DNA of 38,068 nucleotides from a virus (Duplodnaviria; Heunggongvirae; Uroviricota; Caudoviricetes): IMG/VR virus record IMGVR_UViG_2534682157_000015; one strand, 5' to 3'. Shown piece by piece: positions 9,927 to 19,189 of this stretch (position 1 is its first letter; each line of letters starts with the position of its first letter). The notes under the pieces were generated by a model. It saw only the letters and a program-made list of their open reading frames with translations, ran no database searches and was not told where the DNA came from. The position numbers and the translations under genes were made by a program.

Positions 9927-10927
9927 TATCGTTGCTCCATCCCAATTTTTTCAAGATTATATTCAACTACAACTTTGTCTGTCTTTTCGAAGTCAAATTT
10001 AAGAAAAAGTCTTTCATCCTCACCTAACAGCCAGTCTGTACTGTATTTCTTTTTAGCTTTTTCAAAATGATGAATAGCATTTTCATTTGGATGGATATGA
10101 CAATGACGTAATAAAATTGGTTTGCCTTCAGTGAGTATCTGATAAGTTGATAGCATGTCAAAAAAGTACACGAATTCATCTAATGAATCACCGGGTTGAT
10201 TGTAATAAACAACATACCCTTCTGGGATATCTTTTTTAAGCCAGCTAAAAGCCTCATGTTTAATTATGATGTATGGCGATGTTAATAATTCAATTGTCGC
10301 AGGTGTTGTTTGGTTGATGGGGTGTTTTATTCTTGTTAAAGAAAGATCTGGGTAATAGTAAGTAAACTTATCAGGCTGTGGAAGTTTTCCAGAGCCTATT
10401 AATTTGGTTATGTCAGAGGATATATTTATTAAATCAGATATTTTATAGGGGTCAAGTAAGTGTAGTTTTATGTTTGGAGGACAATTTATAACGGAATGAT
10501 CTAATTTTTTTGTAATATTTTCATAGAAATCTTTATCATATAGATTATCATGATTATACAAAAATAACAAACCTCTTACATTATAACCTAAAGAATCATC
10601 ATGAACGTATTTCAATCGCCACTCTTCACTTACATTCGCACACTCGGTAGCTAAAGCAAGTGAGGTTAAGGCACCTTCGACCATTTTTTTACCAATAGAT
10701 CCCTCCGCATAGCTCTTTAGATCTGTATTGAGATAGACCATTTCCTCTTCATAAGGGTCTGTGTAGAAAAATACAACATCACTTGGATGGGTTTTCTTAG
10801 AATGTACCTCTTGGCAACATTCCCAATTCATGTCCGCTCTAGCGGCGCGATCCCATTTGAATACAGAGAAAATATCATCAGAAATTTTACCTGCGACTCG
10901 TTGTATAGCCGAAGTTTCTCCACCCAT
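9926..10927 (-). CDS. Hypothetical protein, first gene of accessory three-gene operon (333 aa)
   Basis: ATG with AGGAG SD about 10 nt upstream; AT-rich; stop overlaps next start (TAATG); no family recognised. Confidence 0.6.
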   Translation of the reverse strand: MGGETSAIQRVAGKISDDIFSVFKWDRAARADMNWECCQEVHSKKTHPSDVVFFYTDPYEEEMVYLNTDLKSYAEGSIGKKMVEGALTSLALATECANVSEEWRLKYVHDDSLGYNVRGLLFLYNHDNLYDKDFYENITKKLDHSVINCPPNIKLHLLDPYKISDLINISSDITKLIGSGKLPQPDKFTYYYPDLSLTRIKHPINQTTPATIELLTSPYIIIKHEAFSWLKKDIPEGYVVYYNQPGDSLDEFVYFFDMLSTYQILTEGKPILLRHCHIHPNENAIHHFEKAKKKYSTDWLLGEDERLFLKFDFEKTDKVVVEYNLEKIGMEQR

Positions 10928-11145
10928 TTTATAATCGCTCCTTTAAAATTGCTGTGGCAATCTGCCATTAAATCCATCTGATTTGATGTGTAATCTAACC
11001 GTATGGTTTGTATGTGTTTGTTGCATGACTATAGCGCATGAAAATGCATGATCGCAAAGGGATCGTTTATGTCTAGGCACTCCAGTTCTGGAGAGGCTTT
11101 GAAGAGTTCATGCGATTGCATGAAAACCACTATGTGAAGTGAGCA

Positions 11146-11164
11146 GGCGTGGCGGGGATACGAG
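11146..11164. other. Candidate cos (cohesive-end) site, GGCGTGGCGGGGATACGAG
   Basis: First 13 nt match the GGCG(A/T)GGCGGGGA start of P2/186 cohesive ends as recalled; lies where cos is expected (between A-side genes and portal). Confidence 0.4.
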
Positions 11165-11476
11165 CGCGCGCAACGTGCATGATATGGCAATATGCATAAC
11201 CTAGTTGATGAGATGTCTTGCCACTAATAATATTAAAACGATTGAAACATGTGTTCCGTCCGTACCATAATCTTTAAGTGGGTGCAGGGCTAAATTGTAT
11301 GATGAAGTATCATATTGCTTCTGAATACTAATGGATAAGTACACGATTGATGTGATGTTATTGCTGACTATTTTTGTTCTAGTCTTACCGAAGACCCAAC
11401 ACGGGAGAAGAAATAGAAATTAATTGCGTGCCCTTTAAGTGCACAATTTAGCAACAATTTAAAAATGAGGTGAACA

Positions 11477-12559
11477 GTGAAAGAGTTGGAACTATATAAT
11501 CTGAATTTTTATTTTAGCTTGTGTACTTCAGATGAAGTGGAAAGAATAAAAAATGTATCAAACTCGGCGGATTACTTACTCAAAATTAGGGCTAATGCAA
11601 CTATAGAACATATCAGAATCCATCGGGTATTACTAGCTGCAATGCGTAGAAGTGGAAATAATTGGTCATTAAGTAGTTATTTTGATGATTCTCCTTTTGA
11701 GGATTATATTGATGATGTTTCTGAACAGTACAAAGAACATCTAGAAGGGATCTCTGGCGGATTTGTATTTTGCAATGATCCGAATGGTCGGATATTAAAA
11801 ACTGATTATGGATGTGTGATTACTATTTCAGAATCACTTAAGTATTTTTTGTATTACATGAATTTAGCTTTTTTAACTTTTGATGATTGTGATGTTCCTG
11901 ATGATGTAAGAATTGCTGCATTAAGAATTGCAATAAGAACTATGATGCAAAAGGAATCAATGGATTTTGAAATTGATCCACGTGGTATAATTCCATCACA
12001 AATTGATATGGAAATTAGGTACCATGTAAATGATGTGATGAAGTTTATTGTTGGTCATGAATATTCACATTACGTACTTGGGCATTTGAATGATGAATCA
12101 ACTTTCGAGGCGAGTTTTTTAACCTCTATTGATACGGAAGAAGTTAAACACAAATTTTTCTCCTATGACCAAAAGGATGAACTAGCAGCAGATATTCATT
12201 CTTTACGAATGTTGTCGCTTTCTAAAGAAAAATTGGCTGGGTTAATTCAAAAGGTTTGTATCTACTTCGTGTTCATGGATATATATTCAAATGTAAAAGA
12301 TCAGGTGTCACCTTCACTTAATTTCACAAAGACTCACCCTGAACCAATGGATAGGCTTAGAAATATCATAGAAGAGTTTAAGGAGGAAGTGGAAATTGAT
12401 TATAATGAAATGGATAAGTTCATCAGATCAGGTGAGGTCATAAAGGGTTTCTTGCAAGATGATGCTGGGTATAATTTTGATGAAATATATGATTTTTATG
12501 GATCAATTTATTTAGGTCAGTGGAGGGGAAAGCCGTTAATAGATAGGGTAGACTATTGA
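11477..12559 (+). CDS. HExxH-motif protein, putative zinc metallopeptidase-like accessory protein (360 aa)
   Basis: GTG start with GAGG SD; motif VGHEYSHYVLGH; AT-rich; divergent from the three-gene operon. Confidence 0.55.
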   Translation: MKELELYNLNFYFSLCTSDEVERIKNVSNSADYLLKIRANATIEHIRIHRVLLAAMRRSGNNWSLSSYFDDSPFEDYIDDVSEQYKEHLEGISGGFVFCNDPNGRILKTDYGCVITISESLKYFLYYMNLAFLTFDDCDVPDDVRIAALRIAIRTMMQKESMDFEIDPRGIIPSQIDMEIRYHVNDVMKFIVGHEYSHYVLGHLNDESTFEASFLTSIDTEEVKHKFFSYDQKDELAADIHSLRMLSLSKEKLAGLIQKVCIYFVFMDIYSNVKDQVSPSLNFTKTHPEPMDRLRNIIEEFKEEVEIDYNEMDKFIRSGEVIKGFLQDDAGYNFDEIYDFYGSIYLGQWRGKPLIDRVDY

Positions 12560-12573
12560 GTTGATGTTTATAT

Positions 12574-12640
12574 CCCAAATGACAATCAAAAATAGTGAAC
12601 TTCTGTGACTGTCATTTGGGTGGTGATTGTAATTTTTATT
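12574..12640 (+). terminator. Putative intrinsic terminator downstream of the HExxH gene
   Basis: 11-bp inverted repeat CCCAAATGACA / TGTCATTTGGG followed by T-rich tract. Confidence 0.4.
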
Positions 12641-12693
12641 TGCAGTGGTTATGCATCTTTGGTTTAAGGTTTTTCTATAGAGAGAATGCTCGT

Positions 12694-13740
12694 CTATTTA
12701 GCATGGTTGGAATCTAATATATATTTATTGAATTTCACAATTTCATCACCTATCCAAGTATTTAGCTGCGATATTTGATGTTGTAGTGGTATTAATTCAT
12801 TTCTAACAAAAACCGTACTTGCCTTCTCCACATCCCCAAACCCACCAACATTACTTGGCATAATCCCCATCATTTGCGGCGGAACGCGGTGCGCAGCCAT
12901 CATATCGTCACGGCTCACGTTCTTGATGTTCAAAAACTCATCCTTTGCCGCCACTTCTGACAGCGGGATGATCTGAATGCCATCCTTTTTACCGTTGGGC
13001 GAGTACATAAACAGGTTGCGGAAGTTGCCCGGCCCTTTGGCGCTTTTCATGGCATGGCGGATGTTGTTCACGTCCTCCTGGTTCTGCGCGGCGTCGGTCA
13101 TGTACATGATGAAGCCTGCATGACTGCCGTTGATGTAATATTTCCTGCGGAACAGCGTGGCGGACTCGTTGAGCAGGGCTGACGGAATAGCAGAAAGATA
13201 GCCGGGCAGGCCGTAGATCTCCTGATTTATGTCCGGTTCCATCAGATGAAAAATGCTGCCTTTCGTGAACTGATACGGCTGGGTTGTCATACCGTATTGC
13301 ACAAACCAGTAGGTATCCAGGTCTAACCCGCGTCGGGTGTATTTTGCCAGTGCAGGCTCAAGGGCGATAACTTCACCGAAGCGGTTCGTGCGTTTCTCCA
13401 GGTAGGCGTTACCAAAAACCAGATAGTCCTGCACAAAACGCGAAAAAGCCTGCTGGCTGAGCAGCGGGTGAGGGATGTAGGTGCTGGTCAGAATGTTGCA
13501 TTTCACTGCAATCGGTGAACTGTGATGCACGGCAGCGCGGAAGGTGCGCGCCAGCCCGTCAAAGCTGACGGGCGGCTCATACCAACGGTCCATCTGTACG
13601 CATTCCACATAGTCCAGCAGTTCTCGGCGGTCCAGAACAGGAACGGGATCGCCGAAGCTGAATGCTTCGGCTGTAGTCTGGTTTTTATGCTGGATCTGAT
13701 TCGTCGCCGCAGCGCGGTTCTTCTTACTCTTTCCCATCAA
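12694..13740 (-). CDS. Q: Portal protein (P2 gpQ-like), 348 aa
   Basis: Size, position and sequence character of P2 Q; overlaps terminase gene start. Confidence 0.9.
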   Translation of the reverse strand: MMGKSKKNRAAATNQIQHKNQTTAEAFSFGDPVPVLDRRELLDYVECVQMDRWYEPPVSFDGLARTFRAAVHHSSPIAVKCNILTSTYIPHPLLSQQAFSRFVQDYLVFGNAYLEKRTNRFGEVIALEPALAKYTRRGLDLDTYWFVQYGMTTQPYQFTKGSIFHLMEPDINQEIYGLPGYLSAIPSALLNESATLFRRKYYINGSHAGFIMYMTDAAQNQEDVNNIRHAMKSAKGPGNFRNLFMYSPNGKKDGIQIIPLSEVAAKDEFLNIKNVSRDDMMAAHRVPPQMMGIMPSNVGGFGDVEKASTVFVRNELIPLQHQISQLNTWIGDEIVKFNKYILDSNHAK

Positions 13741-15503
13741 AAAATCTCCACAATATTGCTGGTATTGGCGGACTCGCCCTGCAGCGGTTCGTTAAACAGT
13801 GCGTGCATTGTTGCCCACGCCAGATCGGCATGGCTGGCTTCTTCGCTGCGGCTGGCTTCATAGGTCGGGCGGTTGCCGCTGGCGGTGGTGGCGCGACGGA
13901 TTGCCATAAATGACTGCGCTATGTCGGTGTGTCCGGCGTCAAACTCCAGACGGCGGTGACTGATAATGTCGTAGGCCTTGAGTACCTGGGCATTTTTAAC
14001 GTTGGGGTTGTAGACAAACTCCCGGACGGCAGGAAAAAACGCTTTCACGTTCTCGTAAACCCCATGACCGACGCCGGTTGAGTCGATACCGATGTATGTC
14101 ACGTTGTACTGTTCAGTCAGTTTTTTGATGGCGTCAGCCTGGGTGCGGAAGTCCATCCCGCGCCACTGGTGACGCTCAAGAATGCGGAACTTACCACCTG
14201 GCACGGCTGGCGGTGCCACCACCACGCATCCGGCGCTGTCGCCGTTCTGCGTACCTTTTGCCGGGTCATAACCGATCCACACTTCGCGCCAGCCAAACGG
14301 GCGCAGCGCCAGTGCATGAAAGTCGGTCCAGACTTCCCAGCTGTCCACCATACACGCCTGCAGTTCGCTGAGCGGAAACACGGACGCGAGATCGTCCACG
14401 AACTCGCACATCAGCAGGTTCTGGTATTCATCCGGGCTGTACTCCATGCGCAACTGGTCAAGGTCGAACAGGTTACAGCCGCCGCGCACCGCGTCTTCCA
14501 CGGTGACTATCTGGCGGTATTGCCCGTCTGCGCACAGCAGGCCGGGGGCCAGATTGCTGTGGGACAGGTCGATGTCCACCTTGTCGGCTTTGTTGCGTCC
14601 ACGGTTGAACAGCGCACCGGACCAGAACGGATAAGCACTGTGGGTCAGGCTGGATGGCGTGGAAAAATAGGTCTGTCGCCATTTCTTGTGAATAGCCATA
14701 CCGGAAGCCACTTTGCGCAACTCCTGGAATTTTGGGATCCAGAAATATTCATCCAGATACAGGTTGCCGTGATAACTCTGGGCTGTGCGGGCATTGGTGC
14801 CGAGGAAGTAAAGCGTGGCCCCGTTAGGAAGCACCATCGGATCGCCTTTCAGCTCCACCTCCACTTCTTTGGCAAAGTCGATGATGTACTGTTTGAAGAC
14901 GTGGGCCTGTGCCTTACTGGCAGAAAGGAAAATCTGGTTACGTCCGGTAAGCAGGGCGTCAATAAGGGCTTCACGGGCAAAGTAAAAGGTCGCGCCGATC
15001 TGGCGTGACTTCAGCAGGTTGCGGATGCGGTTGGTTTTTCCGGCTTCCCACCAGTGGCGCTGGTAGTTGAACATGGAGGAATGGAAGATTTCTTCCAGCT
15101 TCTCAATCTGCTCATCGGTGAAAACATTCTTTTCCGGCTGACGGCGCGGGCCTTTGTTGCGGTTGGCGACGTTTGGGTTTAAGTCGGCTTCGTTGCCGCC
15201 ATTGTTAAACTTGCCGATCCGCGCGTGGCGTTCCGACTGGCGCGCCAGCAGGTCAATCTCTTTGAAATCTTTCCCTTCTTTGTGCTCCTTCATAATGAGC
15301 TGGCAGTAGCGTGCGGCGGTGGTGAGCTGCATCTGATCCAGCGGCCCATAGTCACCCCACTTGTCGCGTTTTTTCCAGCTGTGAACGGTTGCAACTTTCT
15401 CGCCCAGCATTTCAGCAATGCGGGCTACGCGGTATCCCTGAAAGTACAGCAGCATGGCCTGCCGACGGGGATCGAGATCTGCGGGTGTCAGTGTGGTGTT
15501 CAT
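13737..15503 (-). CDS. P: Terminase large (ATPase) subunit (P2 gpP-like), 588 aa
   Basis: Size and position divergent from scaffold/capsid operon as in P2. Confidence 0.9.
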   Translation of the reverse strand: MNTTLTPADLDPRRQAMLLYFQGYRVARIAEMLGEKVATVHSWKKRDKWGDYGPLDQMQLTTAARYCQLIMKEHKEGKDFKEIDLLARQSERHARIGKFNNGGNEADLNPNVANRNKGPRRQPEKNVFTDEQIEKLEEIFHSSMFNYQRHWWEAGKTNRIRNLLKSRQIGATFYFAREALIDALLTGRNQIFLSASKAQAHVFKQYIIDFAKEVEVELKGDPMVLPNGATLYFLGTNARTAQSYHGNLYLDEYFWIPKFQELRKVASGMAIHKKWRQTYFSTPSSLTHSAYPFWSGALFNRGRNKADKVDIDLSHSNLAPGLLCADGQYRQIVTVEDAVRGGCNLFDLDQLRMEYSPDEYQNLLMCEFVDDLASVFPLSELQACMVDSWEVWTDFHALALRPFGWREVWIGYDPAKGTQNGDSAGCVVVAPPAVPGGKFRILERHQWRGMDFRTQADAIKKLTEQYNVTYIGIDSTGVGHGVYENVKAFFPAVREFVYNPNVKNAQVLKAYDIISHRRLEFDAGHTDIAQSFMAIRRATTASGNRPTYEASRSEEASHADLAWATMHALFNEPLQGESANTSNIVEIF

Positions 15504-15549
15504 GGCACAAACCTACAGCCTTGAATGAAGGCTTTCCCCGCCTGCGGTT

Positions 15550-15567
15550 TGTGTGGTTGTCGGTACA
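15550..15567. promoter_or_regulatory. Late-promoter activator dyad TGT-N12-ACA (Ogr/B-type) in the P-O divergent region; a second one at 15492-15509
   Basis: TGTgtggttgtcggtACA read directly; same TGT-N12-ACA architecture upstream of V and FI. Confidence 0.5.
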
Positions 15568-15645
15568 AATACCGCGCATTGTTTCACTGCCCCCATCACC
15601 GCAACCATAAGGCTCCAGTAAGTTTTTTCTAACGGAGCACGGCTC

Positions 15646-16478
15646 ATGACAGTGAAAGCAAAGCGTTTTCGCATCGGGGTGGAAGGTGCCACCACCGACG
15701 GACGCGAAATCCAGCGTGAATGGCTGGAACAGATGGCAGCCAGCTACAACCCGGCGGTGTATACCGCGCTGATTAACCTTGAGCACATCAAGTCTTATCT
15801 GCCGGACAGCACCTTTAACCGTTACGGCAAGGTGACGGCGCTGTTTGCCGAAGAAATCACGGAAGGTCCGCTGGCAGGCAAGATGGCGCTGTATGCCGAC
15901 GTTGAGCCAACGGAATCCCTGGTGGAGCTGGTGAAAAAAGGCCAGAAATTATTCACCTCTATGGAAGTCAGCCCGAAGTTCGCTGATACGGGCAAAGCTT
16001 ACCTGGTCGGCCTGGCTGCCACTGATGACCCTGCCAGTCTGGGTACGGAAATGCTGACATTCAGCGCCAGTGCAGCTCATAACCCGCTGACAAACCGCAA
16101 GCAGAATCCTGCAAATCTCTTTACCGCTGCAGAGGAAACGGTGATCGAACTGGAAGAAATCCAGGATGACAAACCGTCCCTGTTTGCCCGTGTCACGGCG
16201 TTGTTTACCAAAAAGAACAGTCCGATGACGCCCGGTTCTCTGATGTGCATAAGGCCGTGGAGCTGGTCGCCACTGAGCAGCAGAACCTGAGCGCACGCAC
16301 CGAAAAATCCCTGTCTCAGCAGGAAGAACGTCTGTCTGAGCTGGAGACTGCCCTGCAGGCACAGCAGACCGCCTTTAACGAACTGGTGAATAAGCTGAGT
16401 CATGAAGACAGCCGCCAGGACTACCGCCAGCGTGCAACAGGCGGTAACGCCCCCGCTGACACTCTGACCAATTGCTGA
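15646..16478 (+). pseudogene. O: Capsid scaffold protein (P2 gpO-like), interrupted by a 1-nt frameshift at an A5 run (16210-16214)
   Basis: ORFs 15646-16290 and 16245-16478 are in different frames; reading the run as A6 gives one ORF of about 277 aa. Confidence 0.8.
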
Positions 16479-16494
16479 TGGAGCACAAAACCCG

Positions 16495-17553
16495 ATGAAG
16501 AAGAATACCCGCTTTGCTTTTAACGCTTACCTGCAGCAGCTGGCGCGTCTGAACGGTGTGGCAGTTGAAGAACTGTCCAGCAAATTCACCGTAGAGCCGT
16601 CTGTACAGCAGACGCTGGAAGACCAGATCCAGCAGTCCGCCGCTTTCCTGACGCTGATTAACGTCACGCCAGTGACTGAACAGTCCGGTCAACTGCTGGG
16701 GCTGGGTGTTGGTAGTACCATTGCCGGAACCACTGATACCACCGCGAAAGAGCGTGAACCCGTCGATCCGACGCTGATGGTCGATGTGGAATACAAATGC
16801 GAGCAGACCAACTTTGACACGGTGCTGACCTACGCGAAGCTGGATCTGTGGGCGAAGTTTCAGGATTTCCAGGTGCGTATCCGTGACGCCATCGTGAAAC
16901 GTCAGGCACTGGACCGCATCATGATCGGCTTTAACGGCGTGAAGCGTGCGAAAACCTCCAACCGTAGCGAAAACCCGCTGCTGCAGGATGTGAACAAAGG
17001 CTGGCTGCAGAAAATCCGTGAGGATGCACCGGATCACGTCATGGGCAGCACCACCACGGGCGGTGAAACCACACCGGGCGCGGTGAAAGTCGGGAAAGGT
17101 GGCGAATATGCCAACCTGGACGCCGTGGTGATGGATGCCGTCAATGAGCTTATCGACGTGGTCTACCAGGACGATGACGATCTGGTGGTGATTTGCGGTC
17201 GTGAACTGCTGTCTGACAAGTATTTCCCGCTGGTCAACAAAGAGCAGGAAAACAGTGAAAAACTGGCTGCCGATATGATCATCAGTCAGAAACGCATGGG
17301 TGGCCTGCAGGCCGTGCGTGCGCCGTTCTTCCCGCCGAATGCATTGCTGATCACCCGTCTGGATAACCTGTCCATCTACTGGCAGGAAGATACCCGCCGC
17401 CGCTCAGTTATCGACAACCCGAAACGTGACCGGATTGAAAACTTTGAATCCGTTAACGAAGCCTATGTGGTTGAGGACTACCGCTGCGCCGCACTGGTGG
17501 AAAACATCCAGATTGGCGACTTCAGCGCCACCGCAGCAGAAACCGGAGCGTAA
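16495..17553 (+). CDS. N: Major capsid protein (P2 gpN-like), 352 aa
   Basis: Size and position after scaffold gene. Confidence 0.9.
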   Translation: MKKNTRFAFNAYLQQLARLNGVAVEELSSKFTVEPSVQQTLEDQIQQSAAFLTLINVTPVTEQSGQLLGLGVGSTIAGTTDTTAKEREPVDPTLMVDVEYKCEQTNFDTVLTYAKLDLWAKFQDFQVRIRDAIVKRQALDRIMIGFNGVKRAKTSNRSENPLLQDVNKGWLQKIREDAPDHVMGSTTTGGETTPGAVKVGKGGEYANLDAVVMDAVNELIDVVYQDDDDLVVICGRELLSDKYFPLVNKEQENSEKLAADMIISQKRMGGLQAVRAPFFPPNALLITRLDNLSIYWQEDTRRRSVIDNPKRDRIENFESVNEAYVVEDYRCAALVENIQIGDFSATAAETGA

Positions 17554-17556
17554 CCC

Positions 17557-18207
17557 ATGAGCCTGAGTCCCGCACGGCAGCATCGCCTGCGCGTTCAGGC
17601 TGAACAGGCCGCCCGCGAGGGCGGCAGTGTTCGCCACGCGTCGGGCTATGACCTGATGCTGCTGCAACTGGCGGAAGACCGCCGCCGTCTCAAGGGCGTT
17701 CAGTCCACGGTCAAAAAAGCGGAAATCAAAGTGGAGCTGCTGCCGAAGTACGCCGCCTGGGCAGAGGGTGTCCTGGCTGCCGGAGGCGCTCAACAGGATG
17801 ACGTGCTGATGTACGTGATGCTGTGGCGCATTGATGCCGGAGATTATGCCGGGGCGCTGGAGATCGGGCGTCATGCCCTGCGTCATGGCTGGGTGATGCC
17901 GCTGGGTAACCGCAACGTGCAGACCGTGCTGGCAGAGGAAATGGCAGACGCCGCGCAGAGCGCAATGCTTGCCGCCACCGGCTTTGATGCCGATCTGTTG
18001 CTGCAGACGCTGGAGCTGACAGACGGTCTGGATATGCCGGACCAGTCACGGGCGCGTCTGCATAAAGCGATTGGCGCTGTCCTGAGTGAAAGCAACCCGG
18101 CTTCCGCCCTTAATCATCTCAACCATGCGTTACAGCTCGATCCCCGCTGTGGCGTGAAAAAAGACAAACAGCAGCTGGAGCGCAGACTGCGAAATGACAG
18201 CCGCTGA
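17557..18207 (+). CDS. M: Terminase small (endonuclease) subunit (P2 gpM-like), 216 aa
   Basis: Position after capsid gene as in P2. Confidence 0.8.
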   Translation: MSLSPARQHRLRVQAEQAAREGGSVRHASGYDLMLLQLAEDRRRLKGVQSTVKKAEIKVELLPKYAAWAEGVLAAGGAQQDDVLMYVMLWRIDAGDYAGALEIGRHALRHGWVMPLGNRNVQTVLAEEMADAAQSAMLAATGFDADLLLQTLELTDGLDMPDQSRARLHKAIGAVLSESNPASALNHLNHALQLDPRCGVKKDKQQLERRLRNDSR

Positions 18208-18302
18208 CAGAACGTGCCCCCGCGCACGGGCGGCACGGGGTGGCGAAAGGCACTGCCACATCAAAACCCCGTCCACCGCCCTCTATTTCAGGAGAAAGCA
18301 GC

Positions 18303-18767
18303 ATGAAGTTTGTTGCGCCAGAACAGGCACCGGAACAGGCGGAAATCATTAGAAATACGCCGTTCTGGCCTGATGTGGACCTGTCGGAGTTTCGCAGTGT
18401 CATGCGCACTGACGGCACGGTGACGCAGCCGCGTTTAAAGCAGGTTGCCCTGTCGGCAATTTCGGAGGTCAACGCAGAGTTGTATGAGTTTCGCAGACGT
18501 CAGCAGATGCTGGGGTATGCGTCGCTGGCTGAGGTTCCGGCGGAACAGCTGGACGGCAAAAGTGAGCGCATTCATCACTATTTCAACGCGGTTTACTGCT
18601 GGGCTCGCGCCATGCTCAACGAGCGTTATCAGGACTATGACGCCACGGCATCCGGTGTGAAGCGGGGCGAGGAACTGGCGGAAGCAAGCGGTGATTTATG
18701 GCGTGACGCCCGCTGGGCCATCAGCCGGGTGCAGGATGCGCCGCACTGCACAGTGGAGCTTATCTGA
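18303..18767 (+). CDS. L: Head completion/stabilisation protein (P2 gpL-like), about 154 aa
   Basis: ATG at 18303 with AGGAGA SD; track ORF begins upstream at 18240. Confidence 0.75.
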   Translation: MKFVAPEQAPEQAEIIRNTPFWPDVDLSEFRSVMRTDGTVTQPRLKQVALSAISEVNAELYEFRRRQQMLGYASLAEVPAEQLDGKSERIHHYFNAVYCWARAMLNERYQDYDATASGVKRGEELAEASGDLWRDARWAISRVQDAPHCTVELI

Positions 18768-18970
18768 TGAAAGTGCGTGCGCATCAGTATGACACGGTGG
18801 ACGCGCTTTGCTGGCGTCATTACGGGCGCACGCAGGGTGTCACGGAGCAGGTACTGAAGGCAAATCCGGGGCTTGCCGAATATGGCCCCTTTTTACCTCA
18901 CGGGCTGCAGGTGGAGCTGCCGGACATTCCGACCACCACCACCGTGCAGACCGTCCAGCTATGGGACTGA
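18767..18970 (+). CDS. X: Tail protein X-like, 67 aa
   Basis: Small ORF between L and holin, as in P2. Confidence 0.65.
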   Translation: MKVRAHQYDTVDALCWRHYGRTQGVTEQVLKANPGLAEYGPFLPHGLQVELPDIPTTTTVQTVQLWD

Positions 18971-18973
18971 ATT

Positions 18974-19189
18974 ATGACGCTTGAGCGAATCAGCGCCTTT
19001 ATCACGTACTGCATCGCCGTTGTGCTGGCCTGGCTGGGCGATTTGTCCATCAAGGATGCCTCAACGCTGGGCGGCCTGATGATTGGTGTGCTGATGCTGG
19101 CTATCAACTGGTACTACAAACACAAAGCCTACCAGCTTTTGCGCGACGGGCAGATCTCGCGGGAGGACTATGAATCCATCAATCGTTAA
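18974..19189 (+). CDS. Y: Holin, 71 aa
   Basis: Small membrane protein with two hydrophobic segments and charged C-terminus, immediately upstream of endolysin. Confidence 0.7.
   Translation: MTLERISAFITYCIAVVLAWLGDLSIKDASTLGGLMIGVLMLAINWYYKHKAYQLLRDGQISREDYESINR

Noticed and set aside
8177-10927. Three-gene operon as a restriction-modification system
   Set aside because: None of the three proteins shows methyltransferase motifs (no DPPY/NPPY, no FxGxG); the only DPPY in the window is in Dam.
8177-10927. Rx4H strings (RHCHIH in gene 1, RHDSAH in gene 3) as HEPN RNase motifs
   Set aside because: Such short strings occur by chance about once per protein; without fold evidence this is not support for HEPN.
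14169-15008. 279-aa ORF antisense to the terminase large subunit gene
   Set aside because: Shadow ORF within a well-supported gene; no start context; composition is that of an out-of-frame GC-rich read.
16375-17037. 220-aa ORF antisense to the major capsid gene (and similar antisense ORFs at 17404-17886, 6466-6972)
   Set aside because: Overlap well-supported genes on the opposite strand; no independent support.
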